From: Thermodesulfobacteriota bacterium
GTDB lineage: Bacteria; Desulfobacterota_D; UBA1144; Nemesobacterales; UBA2774
Length of the DNA stretch: 64,000 bases
Reading direction: 5' to 3'
NCBI GenBank assembly: GCA_965223335.1
Contig: OZ244991.1
Span: 256,001 to 320,000 of the forward strand
Shown here: positions 21,488 to 31,787 of the stretch, piece by piece
How positions within the stretch are numbered: position 1 is the first letter of the stretch
How the letters are laid out: the number at the start of each line of letters is the position of its first letter
The notes under the pieces: generated by a model
Told to the model about the DNA's origin: nothing
The model's input: only the letters and a program-made list of their open reading frames with translations
Database searches by the model: none
Program-made: the position numbers and the translations under genes

Positions 21488-22345
21488 ATGACCAAAGCCC
21501 ATAGAAACAATTTATTAAAAATTTTTATCCCGGCAATAATTATTGCGATTGGACTAATCTACTTAATCCATAACTCTAAATCTTCGTCTGATGCATCAAT
21601 AGACGGTAACCAAAAAGACTCTCAATCGCAGACTGAGGAAGTTCCGGTCTATGGATATAAGGTAATAGCTTCATACCCCCACGACCCCAGTGCCTTTACC
21701 CAAGGACTTTTCTACAGCAATGGATACCTATACGAAAGCACGGGCTTATTCGGCAGTTCAAGTCTAAGGAAAGTAGAGCTTAAGACTGGCAAAACCACAG
21801 AGATGCGCAACCTAAAACGACAGTACTTCGCCGAGGGTATAACCGAAGTAGACGACCGGATCATACAACTCACATGGCGAAGCGGGGTGGGTTTTATATA
21901 CGATGTTAACGATTTTACTCTGATAAACACCTTTCAGTACGAGGGTGAGGGATGGGGTGTTACTTACAACGGACGCAACATTATAATGAGCAACGGCAGT
22001 CACACACTAGCTTTTCTCAACCCAAACACCTACCGTGTGATAGGCACTCTAAACGTAATGGACAATGAAACTCCTGTTAAGCACCTAAACGAGCTTGAAT
22101 TCATAAACGGCGAGATATATGCGAATGTATGGAGGACCGACAAGATAGCCATTATCGACCCACACATGGGCAAAGTAAGAGCATGGATCGATCTGGAGGG
22201 GCTGCTCACCAAAACCGACAGAAGCGGTTACAAGGTCGATGTGCTAAACGGCATTGCATATAACAGCGACAGCAACACACTTTATGTTACCGGTAAAAAC
22301 TGGCCGAAATTATACGAGATTGAGGTTGTTAAAAACAACAAGTAG
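21488..22345 (+). CDS. Glutaminyl-peptide cyclotransferase (type I QC), N-terminally anchored
   Basis: PHDPSAFTQGL, ESTG, YFAEG, QLTW, EGWG, LNELE, VLNGIAY, VTGKNW. Confidence 0.95.
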   Translation: MTKAHRNNLLKIFIPAIIIAIGLIYLIHNSKSSSDASIDGNQKDSQSQTEEVPVYGYKVIASYPHDPSAFTQGLFYSNGYLYESTGLFGSSSLRKVELKTGKTTEMRNLKRQYFAEGITEVDDRIIQLTWRSGVGFIYDVNDFTLINTFQYEGEGWGVTYNGRNIIMSNGSHTLAFLNPNTYRVIGTLNVMDNETPVKHLNELEFINGEIYANVWRTDKIAIIDPHMGKVRAWIDLEGLLTKTDRSGYKVDVLNGIAYNSDSNTLYVTGKNWPKLYEIEVVKNNK

Positions 22346-22368
22346 AAGACTCTTATATATATAGTCCA

Positions 22369-22602
22369 CTACTTTATTAGCGGTTGTTGCTCCATCTCCT
22401 CAGTCTCAAGAGGGTTTTCCATCGACTCTATCTCTTCTTCGATCTCGGGGTTGTACGGTGCGTCCTTGGGCTCCGCTCTTTCTTCCGATGTGTTTGGCTC
22501 TGCGGGCTCGGCAGGGGCCGTAACGTCGTCGTACACCTTGGCACACGAACACATCACAACAACTAAAGCGGGTATCAAAACTAATGTTAACAATTTTTTC
22601 AT
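22369..22602 (-). CDS. Small acidic lipoprotein
   Basis: MKKLLTLVLIPALVVVMCSC lipobox; GGAGG RBS upstream of ATG 22602. Confidence 0.7.
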   Translation of the reverse strand: MKKLLTLVLIPALVVVMCSCAKVYDDVTAPAEPAEPNTSEERAEPKDAPYNPEIEEEIESMENPLETEEMEQQPLIK

Positions 22603-22678
22603 GACTCTTATCCTCCAACGGCCAATATTATGAACGAATTTAAGCAAATATGGTAGATTAGTTTGATATTACAGAACA

Positions 22679-22987
22679 ATGACAGCTAAGATCAGAAATA
22701 CAATCTATGGGCTATTGCTCTTTATCTGTGCCGGGGTTGCTTCACTTATAATATTTACTCTATTTGCAAGATCTGTAAGTTACGAACCCAAGCTCGTTTG
22801 GATACTATGGGTTACCTCACTATTCCCGACTGCTGTATCCGCTGTCATATCTACAGTGATCTATAACTACCTATGCGAATCCCAGAGAAGATGGGTTCAC
22901 ATCCTATGGTATTTTCTAAACCTGTCACTGATAGTAGCTTTTGCACCGTTTATTGCATATATAGTGATGAAAAGCCTATACGGTTAA
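22679..22987 (+). CDS. Small membrane protein
   Basis: Three hydrophobic segments; fills the gap between two minus-strand genes. Confidence 0.6.
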   Translation: MTAKIRNTIYGLLLFICAGVASLIIFTLFARSVSYEPKLVWILWVTSLFPTAVSAVISTVIYNYLCESQRRWVHILWYFLNLSLIVAFAPFIAYIVMKSLYG

Positions 22988-23892
22988 TGCTTAACTCCCG
23001 AGATTTGTTCCAAAGCCAGTAATAGAGCCTGGGTCCCCTTTCGCCCATGCCCCTGTGCTTTTGTAGCAACATATAGATCACGAACTATTGTGAGTCCCGG
23101 CAGTACGATATTCATCGACTCGGCTTCCTTTAACGCTATACCCATATCCTTTATAAAATGCTCTACGAAAAACCCGGGATTGAAATCCCTCTTTATCACC
23201 CTAGGGGCCAAGTTGTCTAACATCCAACAGCCCGCAGCCCCTTTGCTCACCGATTTAAGCATGGTCACAAGATCAAGGCCGGATTTGTAGCCATATAAAA
23301 GCGTTTCACACATCCCGCTCATGATACCAGCAGCCATTATCTGATTACACATCTTTGCGTGCTGCCCAGCCCCTGGTCCCCCCTGATGCACAATGTTTTT
23401 ACCCATAAGCTTTAGTAGAGGCATCACACTGCGCACGGCTTCATCATCACCCCCTACCATGATCGAGAGTGTACCGGCCTGGGCTCCTATATCCCCTCCT
23501 GACACAGGGGCATCAATTGCCTGCACACCAAGGTCCTTGGCTCTATCATATATCTCTTTCGACAACGCAGGCTCCGTAGTAGTCATATCAACTACGATGC
23601 TGCCGGGCTTAATTGTGGTTAGAATCCCCTTCTCTCCCATATAGACCTCACGCACATCTACCGGGAACCCGACTATAGTAAAAACAATGTCCGAATTCTC
23701 TGCCACTACAGCCGGTGAAGCCACCCATTCGGCACCTTGTTTTACCAAATCACGCGTTTTTCTCTTGGTCCTGTTATATACCGTTGTTTTGTAGCCTTTC
23801 TTAACAATGTGGCTGCACATTGCACTGCCCATAACCCCTGTCCCAATCCATCCGATACGTGTTTTAGACGGCCTTACTTTTGTAATGCTCAT
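22984..23892 (-). CDS. NAD(P)-dependent beta-hydroxyacid dehydrogenase (3-hydroxyisobutyrate/tartronate semialdehyde reductase family)
   Basis: IGWIGTGVMG, DAPVSGG, GAGQHAKMCNQ, HFIKDM. AGGAGG RBS before ATG 23892. Confidence 0.93.
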   Translation of the reverse strand: MSITKVRPSKTRIGWIGTGVMGSAMCSHIVKKGYKTTVYNRTKRKTRDLVKQGAEWVASPAVVAENSDIVFTIVGFPVDVREVYMGEKGILTTIKPGSIVVDMTTTEPALSKEIYDRAKDLGVQAIDAPVSGGDIGAQAGTLSIMVGGDDEAVRSVMPLLKLMGKNIVHQGGPGAGQHAKMCNQIMAAGIMSGMCETLLYGYKSGLDLVTMLKSVSKGAAGCWMLDNLAPRVIKRDFNPGFFVEHFIKDMGIALKEAESMNIVLPGLTIVRDLYVATKAQGHGRKGTQALLLALEQISGVKH

Positions 23893-23900
23893 CGTTTTCC

Positions 23901-24026
23901 TCCTAAACAATCACATGATTTCAACAACTTGCGAGTGTGATAAGGTTAAGGTAAAATCGTACTAATTAAAAGCTCCAACCCAAAAAAGTCCCCGTAGCTC
24001 AGCAGGATAGAGCACAGGATTCCTAA
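23901..24026 (+). repeat. attL of island A: 126-bp direct repeat (tRNA promoter + 5' half of tRNA-Arg)
   Basis: Identical to 34424-34549; ends exactly at the anticodon loop TTCCTAA. Confidence 0.95.
23988..24026 (+). pseudogene. 5' fragment of tRNA-Arg(CCT)
   Basis: GTCCCCGTAGCTCAGCAGGATAGAGCACAGGATTCCTAA, then diverges from the tRNA sequence. Confidence 0.9.
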
Positions 24027-24119
24027 GTCGTCATAGACAATATCTCCCCTTCCAACTAGCTGTTTTTATTTAATAATTTTTTTGCAATGGTTTTGATATT
24101 TCACGTCCCAACATCACCC

Positions 24120-24139
24120 CACTAGAAAAACACTAGAAG
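24120..24139 (+). repeat. Tandem CACTAGAA repeats, likely integrase arm-type sites (left end of island A)
   Basis: CACTAGAAAAACACTAGAAG; CACTAGAAAAAC recurs at 34333-34344 next to the integrase. Confidence 0.6.
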
Positions 24140-24286
24140 AACCTGCCTACAAACCATATTCACAACTAGTTTTCCTATTATACATATCCTGACTATGATT
24201 GGAACTCCATCTTAGACCTAATTTTACATTTATGTGGTATAATCGGCTAATATGCTTTATATGATGATTCATTACATAATTGGACC

Positions 24287-25081
24287 ATGAATAATCAAAC
24301 AACAAATCCTGAATCGAGTGATTTAACTCCTAAAAAACACTTTACCGATTTAGATAAAATACAATTATGGATAGTACTTGTTGCCATTTGCTCAATTGTG
24401 TTAGTGTTTTCATTCTATTTTTATCAATTTAGGGGAGAACTTAGCAGTGATCACTCAATATGGGGACAATTCGGGGATTATGTAGCTGGATTACTCGGTC
24501 CATTTTTAAGCTTCATCGTAATAATCATTTTAGTTTATACATTGAGAGCTACCAATGAAACTCTCAGCATATCGAGAGAACAATTAAACCACTCAGAACA
24601 GATGCTAAAAACTATGAAAGATGAACTCACGATTACTAAAGAAGAACTCAAAAAATCAAGAGAAATATCTGAACAACATGTCAAACATCTGAATGACGAA
24701 GCACTTAAAAATGAATTGCATGTAGCAATGAAAGAGTATGATAGTGAATTGCAAAAATTATTTCAACAAAAAGCTAATTTTCCGCGGATGCAAGGAAGTT
24801 ATGAATACTTCTTTTCAACAATAGACGATGATGAAAGTTCACGACTGATTCCTGAAAATTCAAAAGATGTAACCGAGTTAGACAAAAAGATACTCAAAGA
24901 TTTATGTATTGTTCTATTTAAATTGCACCACTTCATGAAACACTATGACGAAATCTCACAAAATAGTGCTATTAACAAGCTGTATCTATTAAAATACAGA
25001 AATTTATATCAAAGACTTGTAGCTAAAAAATATATGGAACCCGGTAAATTGGATTTATTTGAAATTGATAAGAATGATTAA
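24287..25081 (+). CDS. Membrane protein, putative abortive-infection (putAbiC-like N-terminus)
   Basis: Two TM helices around WGQFGDYVAGLLGPFLSF, followed by a coiled coil and a helical domain. Confidence 0.6.
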   Translation: MNNQTTNPESSDLTPKKHFTDLDKIQLWIVLVAICSIVLVFSFYFYQFRGELSSDHSIWGQFGDYVAGLLGPFLSFIVIIILVYTLRATNETLSISREQLNHSEQMLKTMKDELTITKEELKKSREISEQHVKHLNDEALKNELHVAMKEYDSELQKLFQQKANFPRMQGSYEYFFSTIDDDESSRLIPENSKDVTELDKKILKDLCIVLFKLHHFMKHYDEISQNSAINKLYLLKYRNLYQRLVAKKYMEPGKLDLFEIDKND

Positions 25082-25211
25082 TATACACAAGACATGAAAT
25101 AAATAATTGATGCTGATTTATATATATTGAATCATTTCAACTAGTTATAAGCAAATTCACATGGTATATTTACAAATACACAGAAGTAATCAAGAATAAC
25201 ATGAATTGCTT

Positions 25212-25688
25212 ATGAAACACGATGATCTTGTTTTAGAAAATACGATTAGCCTTAAACAATTTCCACCGAAACTGCGTAAATTAGCTAAATATTTATTACA
25301 ATCAGAGAAACCTGTCACGATTTCTCAAGCATGTAGAGAGTTAGGTTTAAACAGAGAGAGTATAGGAACATTGATGTGGCGTTCTAAGCAAAAAGGTAAT
25401 GATTTCAATGAGTTTATAAAGCAACTGGCTAATTCTTATCTAAATGCTAATAGATTAGCTGTTTATGAAAAGCTCGTGGAAGGGGCGGTGTCAAGCGCGT
25501 CTACGTCCCATAATGACAGGAAAACGTATCTACAATTGACTGGAGACATCAAAGCTACCACTGATATCAATGTGAATGTTCTTACTATTGGGGTCAATCA
25601 GGGTACAGGAAGACCAGCCGACATCCCAACAGAAAAAGGAATAGTCGATGCAGCACCACCCAGACCTGAGCAGAACAAATCTAACTAA
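25212..25688 (+). CDS. HTH protein resembling phage terminase small subunit (phBC6A51-like)
   Basis: HTH TISQACRELGLNRESI, then a DRKTYLQLTG helix and a beta-tail DINVNV. This is the architecture seen in TerS proteins. Confidence 0.5.
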   Translation: MKHDDLVLENTISLKQFPPKLRKLAKYLLQSEKPVTISQACRELGLNRESIGTLMWRSKQKGNDFNEFIKQLANSYLNANRLAVYEKLVEGAVSSASTSHNDRKTYLQLTGDIKATTDINVNVLTIGVNQGTGRPADIPTEKGIVDAAPPRPEQNKSN

Positions 25689-25725
25689 CTGTAATTATTA
25701 TATAACCCTTAACATAAGATTATTC

Positions 25726-26133
25726 TTAACCAAGTAGTTCGTCTCGATGCTCAGCAATTCCTAAGAATACATCATAGCATTCATTCACATTAGCTATTAT
25801 TTGATTCATCTTATCTACATGATTCCTTAGATGCTCAAGATCATTGCTGTTTACACCTGTAACTGGGTCAGGAGACACGCGAATTGCTGAATCTATACCA
25901 TTTACAACAGTAAGCTTAAGGTCAGTAAGCTCACTTTCTATCTTGCGTCCGATATTGAAGATACATGTTTTTAGATCAGTATCTTCCATTATCAATCCTA
26001 TATTCTCAGGATCAGGTATTTGACTATAATCATTTTTTAATATAATCATAGCCCTTTCCATACTCTCGGCTCTGATTACATAGTTACAATAACTACCATT
26101 ATCATTCTTAACCTTTGCTAAATATATTCTCAT
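25726..26133 (-). CDS. Hypothetical protein
   Basis: 135-aa ORF with G-rich RBS. Confidence 0.65.
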   Translation of the reverse strand: MRIYLAKVKNDNGSYCNYVIRAESMERAMIILKNDYSQIPDPENIGLIMEDTDLKTCIFNIGRKIESELTDLKLTVVNGIDSAIRVSPDPVTGVNSNDLEHLRNHVDKMNQIIANVNECYDVFLGIAEHRDELLG

Positions 26134-26832
26134 TTACTACCCCCCCTTATTTATGTGATTGATTCGTAGAATAACATAATTAGTTCTCGAAATGAGCACC
26201 CTAAACGTAAGAAAGTTGAATCGATTTTAACCTTAGTCTAAGTTGCAAATAACCACAAACAACGTCCGATATTTTTCTATTATGTAAACTAACAGAATGT
26301 AGGTTCTCTAGTTATTACAGGCGGTTACAGATTGACGTGATTTATCTAGCATTTTATCAACTATGCATATTCAATGATTACAGACAGTTATGATAATAGG
26401 GTATGACATTATCGTCATGGCTTAATGGCATATATCTACCTTTATTCAAGGGGTCACTTTGAACCCCTTCTCCTGCTATTCTAACACCCTGTTTAACAAC
26501 ATGTGTTTGGTGTACTCATATCAAGATGTACTTATACAATGAGTACTTATAGATGATCTAATATTCGGAAACATATTTCTATTTTTATTTGATTTATTTT
26601 TCTCTGCAATGTTTTGGAAATAGTCCTGTCTCTTATGAGTAGGCTTATGTAGTAGGGGGGCCAGGCGAGCATGGGGGGTGGGTGCCAGCGTCTTAGGGGT
26701 CACCTACAAACGATTAAGTCTAAAATAGTCAGGGTCCAATTCTAACGCAAGTCTCTCTATTTTATAGTTTGACATATATTGTCACCGGTGTCGCAATTTG
26801 TCACATAGCGTGGAAACGGTTATATTATTTTC

Positions 26833-27906
26833 GTGCAAAAACTGAAGTTAGTCTCTCTCCTTTCAGGCTATCTTGTTGAACTAAAAGATTCTATCCGAGA
26901 AACAAACCCTGCACTTCCCAGCACATGGCTCGTTGATGAAAATGAATTCATAGAATGGGTTTGTCGTATGGATGCCAAGATGTTGTTGAATCTTTTCGAA
27001 CTTACCGAAAGGCTGATTAGTGAAATTCTGTCCGATGATGAATGGTATATGAGAACAAAACCAATGGCCAGAGTAGATTACTCTATATCAGCTGATTTAT
27101 TGGACTCGCGCTATTTACTCACTATTGCTGATGACAAGAACTGGGACGAATTAAAAACCATTATAAACGTAGGGGGGAAAGGTTCGCCTTTATTAGCTAC
27201 CATCCTGATGCATTTCGTCCTAGGTTGGAGATTGATACTGGAACTTACCGAAAAAGAAACATTAGATCAGCTTTATGTTGTGCTTTCTGACCTATTTGTC
27301 GATGATGTTGAGAGTCGGGAATTGGCCGAAACATCACTCTACAACTTAATTGAATATGCGGAGAACACAGCTAAAAAAGAACTAAAACGGAAGGTTAGAA
27401 TTAAAATTAATAAGCTTAAGAAAGACAATAGTTCTAATAATGACTTTATTTCAGAAGATAACTCCGATGAAGAATTTATGGTAGAAATTGTTAAAGCACT
27501 AATGAGCTCATTTAAGAAATTCCCAACTATTAAAGACAAAATCATAGCTGCAGCTGAAGGGGATAAAGGGATAAAGTATGTCCCCAAACGAATCGCTGAT
27601 CGCTATAAATCCCATCTTGGAAAACCAAGCGAAAAGATGAATGACATCTCACTAGACTCAAATACACAACAAAACACACCGGAATATCAAATAGAATATA
27701 AAAACACCCCCTTTCTGTTATATGAAGAGTTTTCAATCGGTAAAGAATTTAAAGACAAAATCAATAAAATGGACCCAACAGATCAGCAGATTTTAAATAT
27801 GAAGAAAGACGGATACACAATAAGAGAGATATCGGCAGAATTGTCAATTTCAAAAAGCACAGTGAGTGACAGACTGAAAGTAGCACGCAAAATCCTAACT
27901 TCTTAA
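26833..27906 (+). CDS. Protein with C-terminal sigma-70 region 4/LuxR-type HTH
   Basis: DQQILNMKKDGYTIREISAELSISKSTVSDRLKVARKIL; TTGACA element upstream at ~26769. Confidence 0.7.
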   Translation: MQKLKLVSLLSGYLVELKDSIRETNPALPSTWLVDENEFIEWVCRMDAKMLLNLFELTERLISEILSDDEWYMRTKPMARVDYSISADLLDSRYLLTIADDKNWDELKTIINVGGKGSPLLATILMHFVLGWRLILELTEKETLDQLYVVLSDLFVDDVESRELAETSLYNLIEYAENTAKKELKRKVRIKINKLKKDNSSNNDFISEDNSDEEFMVEIVKALMSSFKKFPTIKDKIIAAAEGDKGIKYVPKRIADRYKSHLGKPSEKMNDISLDSNTQQNTPEYQIEYKNTPFLLYEEFSIGKEFKDKINKMDPTDQQILNMKKDGYTIREISAELSISKSTVSDRLKVARKILTS

Positions 27907-28031
27907 ATTCCACCCTTATTCTTTTCCAACTTTAACACACCTTAAGTGGTCAATTTGTTCTTTTGACCACTTTTTTTTCAATTTCAAAAATAAATCCGGA
28001 CAAATCGTAATCTGCAGCGGATATATAGGTT

Positions 28032-28259
28032 ATGGATAAATCCAGAGTCATATTCATGGCTAGTCCGCGTATAGGTTTGACTGTCACTTCTGAAGGTGTA
28101 GAGCAAGTTTTAATCCTAACAGACGGTGGTGAGCATTTAGATCGTACTGCCGGATTCTCACTTTGCTCTTTCTTGGACAGCGAAATAAAAGAGTTTGACA
28201 AAGCGATCAAGAGCAAGCTCAACAAGCTCAGAAGAAATAAAATCGGAATTGTGCAGTAG
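28032..28259 (+). CDS. Small hypothetical protein
   Basis: 75-aa ORF co-oriented with the replication module. Confidence 0.5.
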   Translation: MDKSRVIFMASPRIGLTVTSEGVEQVLILTDGGEHLDRTAGFSLCSFLDSEIKEFDKAIKSKLNKLRRNKIGIVQ

Positions 28260-28276
28260 GTAGGCGAAAAATAAAA

Positions 28277-28296
28277 AGCCCGCTCATAGGCGGGCT
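28277..28296. terminator. Hairpin/intrinsic terminator
   Basis: AGCCCGC-tcatag-GCGGGCT preceded by an A-tract. Confidence 0.55.
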
Positions 28297-28320
28297 GTGT
28301 GCAAAAACTGAATAATATCA

Positions 28321-29055
28321 ATGTGTAAAGTCAGTATACCACGTCCTAAAAATAATAAAAGTGCCGATCGCACTCCAAATAAAAACGGGCTAACATCCCG
28401 TTTTCCTGACGGACTACATAAAGACCATACACACCCCAATTCGCGTAATAGAGATTTCGAATTCCGGTTGCAAAAGGGCCTGCGGCAAGAACAATCTGCA
28501 AAAGAGTATTTCAAAGAGAATTTCGATCTAGATCTCGAAATATTTGGAGTCGGCCGAGAACCGAAGGAAGTGAAAGAGCAGGTTTCAAAACTGCATGACA
28601 ACAGTACTAAGTTTCTTCGCCATCTCCCAGATACTTACTGTGTCATTTCGGATATTGGAACCATTTATGTTGAAGTTAAACATGCACTTAAGAAAACCGG
28701 TAATTTCTCCATAAACTTAGACGAGTTCAACACACAAAACCTTCTACACCAATATCTCGGAGTGAGAATTTTATTTGCTTTTGCACCTTCTGAATCCGAT
28801 AGATTTTGGCGCGGAGACTGGATTCAGAATCTAGACATTAAAACTAGAGCTATAAGAAATAAAGAAGTGCTGGAGAACTTTAATGGTTCTAGGAAACCTT
28901 GCACCCTGATTGAGAAAAAATCCCTGCCCCACCTTGATGATGTAGTGCACAAACTCTTAAATAAACACGAGACAGATGCAAAACTGCAGACTTTTCCAAC
29001 CAATTGGCCAACAGCCTGCCAGAAAATTAGAGCACATAAGGACTTGCAAAAATGA
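28321..29055 (+). CDS. PD-(D/E)XK nuclease-like protein
   Basis: G...E N-terminal helix and RHLPD...IYVEVK catalytic pattern. Confidence 0.65.
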   Translation: MCKVSIPRPKNNKSADRTPNKNGLTSRFPDGLHKDHTHPNSRNRDFEFRLQKGLRQEQSAKEYFKENFDLDLEIFGVGREPKEVKEQVSKLHDNSTKFLRHLPDTYCVISDIGTIYVEVKHALKKTGNFSINLDEFNTQNLLHQYLGVRILFAFAPSESDRFWRGDWIQNLDIKTRAIRNKEVLENFNGSRKPCTLIEKKSLPHLDDVVHKLLNKHETDAKLQTFPTNWPTACQKIRAHKDLQK

Positions 29056-30266
29056 CACCAGGCCTTTTCCCCGAATTTTTGAATCTTCACTATCGCAATA
29101 TAGATAAGAATTTTTACTTCGCAAATCTGATAGAACTAGATGGAAAATCCATTTGTAAAATATATCCAACCAGAACAGGCGCGTGGAAAGGTCGCAACAT
29201 ATCAGAGATTGCAACATACCTTGGTGTGGGGCTGTTGAATGACAAGAGCAAAAGAAGGACGCGAGACAACATAAGCCATGTTATGTGTTGCTTTGTGGAT
29301 CTAGATGGATGCACAACCTTGGATGCTGTAAAATTTAGAATCCAAGGGGCAGGACTTCCAAAACCAACTATTATAGAAACTAGTCCGGGTAGATTCCATG
29401 TAAAATCCTATCTACGAGTCCCAGTAAGGACTTCGGGCAAAGAGTTCCAATTTTGGAAGAAGACTCAAAGCGCATATACCTGGGCATTTAAGGATTTAGG
29501 GGCCGACCTAAATATACAACACGATACGACACGAATCCTTAGAAACGAATTCGCAACCGAGATATATAACGAAAAACACAGGGAAAGGCATTTGGTTAAA
29601 GTGCACCAGGTAGGAGAGCCTGTTAGTCTTAGTGACATTTATACACCCCTTTGCGATGCGGGATACATAGAAGAGAGAAAATGTACCCCATGGCATATTT
29701 CAGAAAAAAAGTTGCGAATGTTCTTCATGCAAAACCCCGAATGGTCAGGAACTCAAAAAGAACTATCTCAGCTAACTGGCATACCACTTAGAACTGTAAA
29801 AGCCCTTCTTTACAAGATGAGAAAAGCAGAACTATTCGATGAAACAATTATAGGAAAGGGGGAAAATAGGCACATCAAGTACAGATTCAAGCCATACTTT
29901 ATGAGATACACCCCCCCTACAAACTTTAAAGGGCATGAAAAAAGATTAGACTTAGTTAAACAGTTAGGGGGGCAGGAGTGTAATAAGGCTAGTAGAGCAA
30001 TTTTGAAGTACATAAACGAAAAAATCCCCCCAGGAAGTAGAAACAACGCTACTTTTGTAGCCGGAGTCGGCTTATTAGAACTTTCTCAGGGGAGAATTAC
30101 GGAAAGTGAAGCGATTAGTACGTTAAAACCAGGTTTTGATCTATCCAATACAAATGACAGTAGCTTTACCTGGAGTCAATTTTGCGCAACTATACGCTCC
30201 GCCCTTAAGCCAGGTCGCGAATTCCGCTTCAAAGAATCAGCTCTAAGAGCATGGAGCCTAATATGA
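29052..30266 (+). CDS. AEP-superfamily primase/RepB-like replication protein with HTH and PriCT-like C-terminus
   Basis: FVDLD, IETSPGRFH, RILR (RepB primase motifs); TQKELSQLTGIPLRTV HTH; GSRNNATF primase C-terminal motif. Confidence 0.8.
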   Translation: MTPGLFPEFLNLHYRNIDKNFYFANLIELDGKSICKIYPTRTGAWKGRNISEIATYLGVGLLNDKSKRRTRDNISHVMCCFVDLDGCTTLDAVKFRIQGAGLPKPTIIETSPGRFHVKSYLRVPVRTSGKEFQFWKKTQSAYTWAFKDLGADLNIQHDTTRILRNEFATEIYNEKHRERHLVKVHQVGEPVSLSDIYTPLCDAGYIEERKCTPWHISEKKLRMFFMQNPEWSGTQKELSQLTGIPLRTVKALLYKMRKAELFDETIIGKGENRHIKYRFKPYFMRYTPPTNFKGHEKRLDLVKQLGGQECNKASRAILKYINEKIPPGSRNNATFVAGVGLLELSQGRITESEAISTLKPGFDLSNTNDSSFTWSQFCATIRSALKPGREFRFKESALRAWSLI

Positions 30267-30425
30267 CACACAAAAACACCCCTGCAACACAACATGACAG
30301 CTATAAAAGCCGTTCATACGCCATAACAAACTACAAGTACGTATATTTTGACCTGTTCAAAGAGTATAGAACAGTTATGTGGCAACGTGCTTATATATAA
30401 CAAACAACCTACAAATTGATCTATT

Positions 30426-31199
30426 TTAGTTACATGGACGGACTGCACGAGCTCCAACGAAATTTTCGTTGGTCTTGTGTGCATGACCACAATGTACACT
30501 ATTTCCCCTACAGCTCCATGTATGCGTTGACAAATTAGGATGGGGTGTACTTGTCCAATGAATATGATCAGTTGATGAAAGACCTGGAAAACTTATTTGG
30601 TTACCTTGAAGACTGAAATCTCCTAGACTTTGAAATACTCTAATATTAGGAATGCACCAATCTCGATAACCAGCGAGACCACACAGTCCACTACCAATAC
30701 CACTGCAATCTGCATCCGTATTACAAGGAGTAGTACCATCTCCATCGCAGTTATTGTTTATAGCATCTAAGAATTCCGTAAACAACGTACCATCTGGGTT
30801 AGGTAAAGTAGCACTCCATTTGTATACATTATCTTTGTCATGAAGACCCCCATTATCATCTTTCTTCTCCCACATGTAACCTGTATTGTTATCTGTAAAG
30901 GTGCCGTCTCCATTATCAGTAAAACTTAATGCAACACCATGCCCTGAAAGTCCATATGCATCAGGATTACTAAACCCATCCCCCGGAAATGTTTGACCTG
31001 GGTTAGCTTCACACTCAGCTAAGTCAACATAACATTCATCTAAATCAAAGTTGCATATATTCAGATTTTCCGCACATTCAGGTAAACCACCCTTTGGCGG
31101 GAACTCAAATGGTGATTTTGCAGTTGAGAATGAAACCGCTACTGTTAAATGTAAAATGCAGATAACAAAAAAGATAATAAGTGCTTGAAGTAGTCTCAT
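30426..31199 (-). CDS. Secreted DUF1566 (Lcl C-terminal, C-type lectin-like) domain protein
   Basis: Signal peptide; FTDNGDGTFTDNNTGYMWEK, AGYRDWCIPN, HWTST, ARAVR. Confidence 0.85.
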   Translation of the reverse strand: MRLLQALIIFFVICILHLTVAVSFSTAKSPFEFPPKGGLPECAENLNICNFDLDECYVDLAECEANPGQTFPGDGFSNPDAYGLSGHGVALSFTDNGDGTFTDNNTGYMWEKKDDNGGLHDKDNVYKWSATLPNPDGTLFTEFLDAINNNCDGDGTTPCNTDADCSGIGSGLCGLAGYRDWCIPNIRVFQSLGDFSLQGNQISFPGLSSTDHIHWTSTPHPNLSTHTWSCRGNSVHCGHAHKTNENFVGARAVRPCN

Positions 31200-31388
31200 A
31201 ATATTCTCTCCTTTTTACAAGCAGATTTAACTACCTGATAATACGTATTATATAAAATTAGATAATTAATTGATACTAGACTATGGTTTATTTTTTCTGG
31301 AAAGAATTAATACTAAAGTATTGGTACTCGATCATAAACGATCTCTAACAAGTTCTGAAATCTTTAGAGTTATGAGACTATTTTATGA

Positions 31389-31410
31389 TTGAATCATCCC
31401 GACATCGGGA
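31389..31410. repeat. Left arm of inverted repeat flanking the TA pair
   Basis: TTGAATCATCCCGACATCGGGA; the reverse complement of 33181-33202 is TTAAATCATCCCGACGTCGGGA (20/22). Confidence 0.75.
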
Positions 31411-31787
31411 TTTGCATATTATGTAAATTCAAAGAATTTCTCCTGTACTGAAAAACGCTAGTTGTAGTCATAATAAATGTATTTTATTATATTTATTAAT
31501 TAGACGGTTTATCGGGTTTGGGACTAGTTATTTGATGTATCTATAATAATCACACGGATACAAGAAAATACATTACTACATTTGCTATCTGACATTACAT
31601 CAAAGAATAATCAACACCAACAAATGGGTCTAGTGGTTGTGAACTTTCCGTAATTTCAGACGTTAGTCAGATTACAGAAAATGGATTATTAATACAATTT
31701 TGTATTATAATTTTTATTACTGACTAGAATCTAAAGATTGAAGATTGAAAAAGATGTCGATCTGTCCTGTCTGGGGTATGGGATTAC

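Noticed and set aside
30426..30700. DUF1566 C-terminus as a diversity-generating retroelement target
   Set aside because: No reverse transcriptase and no adenine-variant template repeat seen in the window; a trans-acting DGR cannot be excluded.
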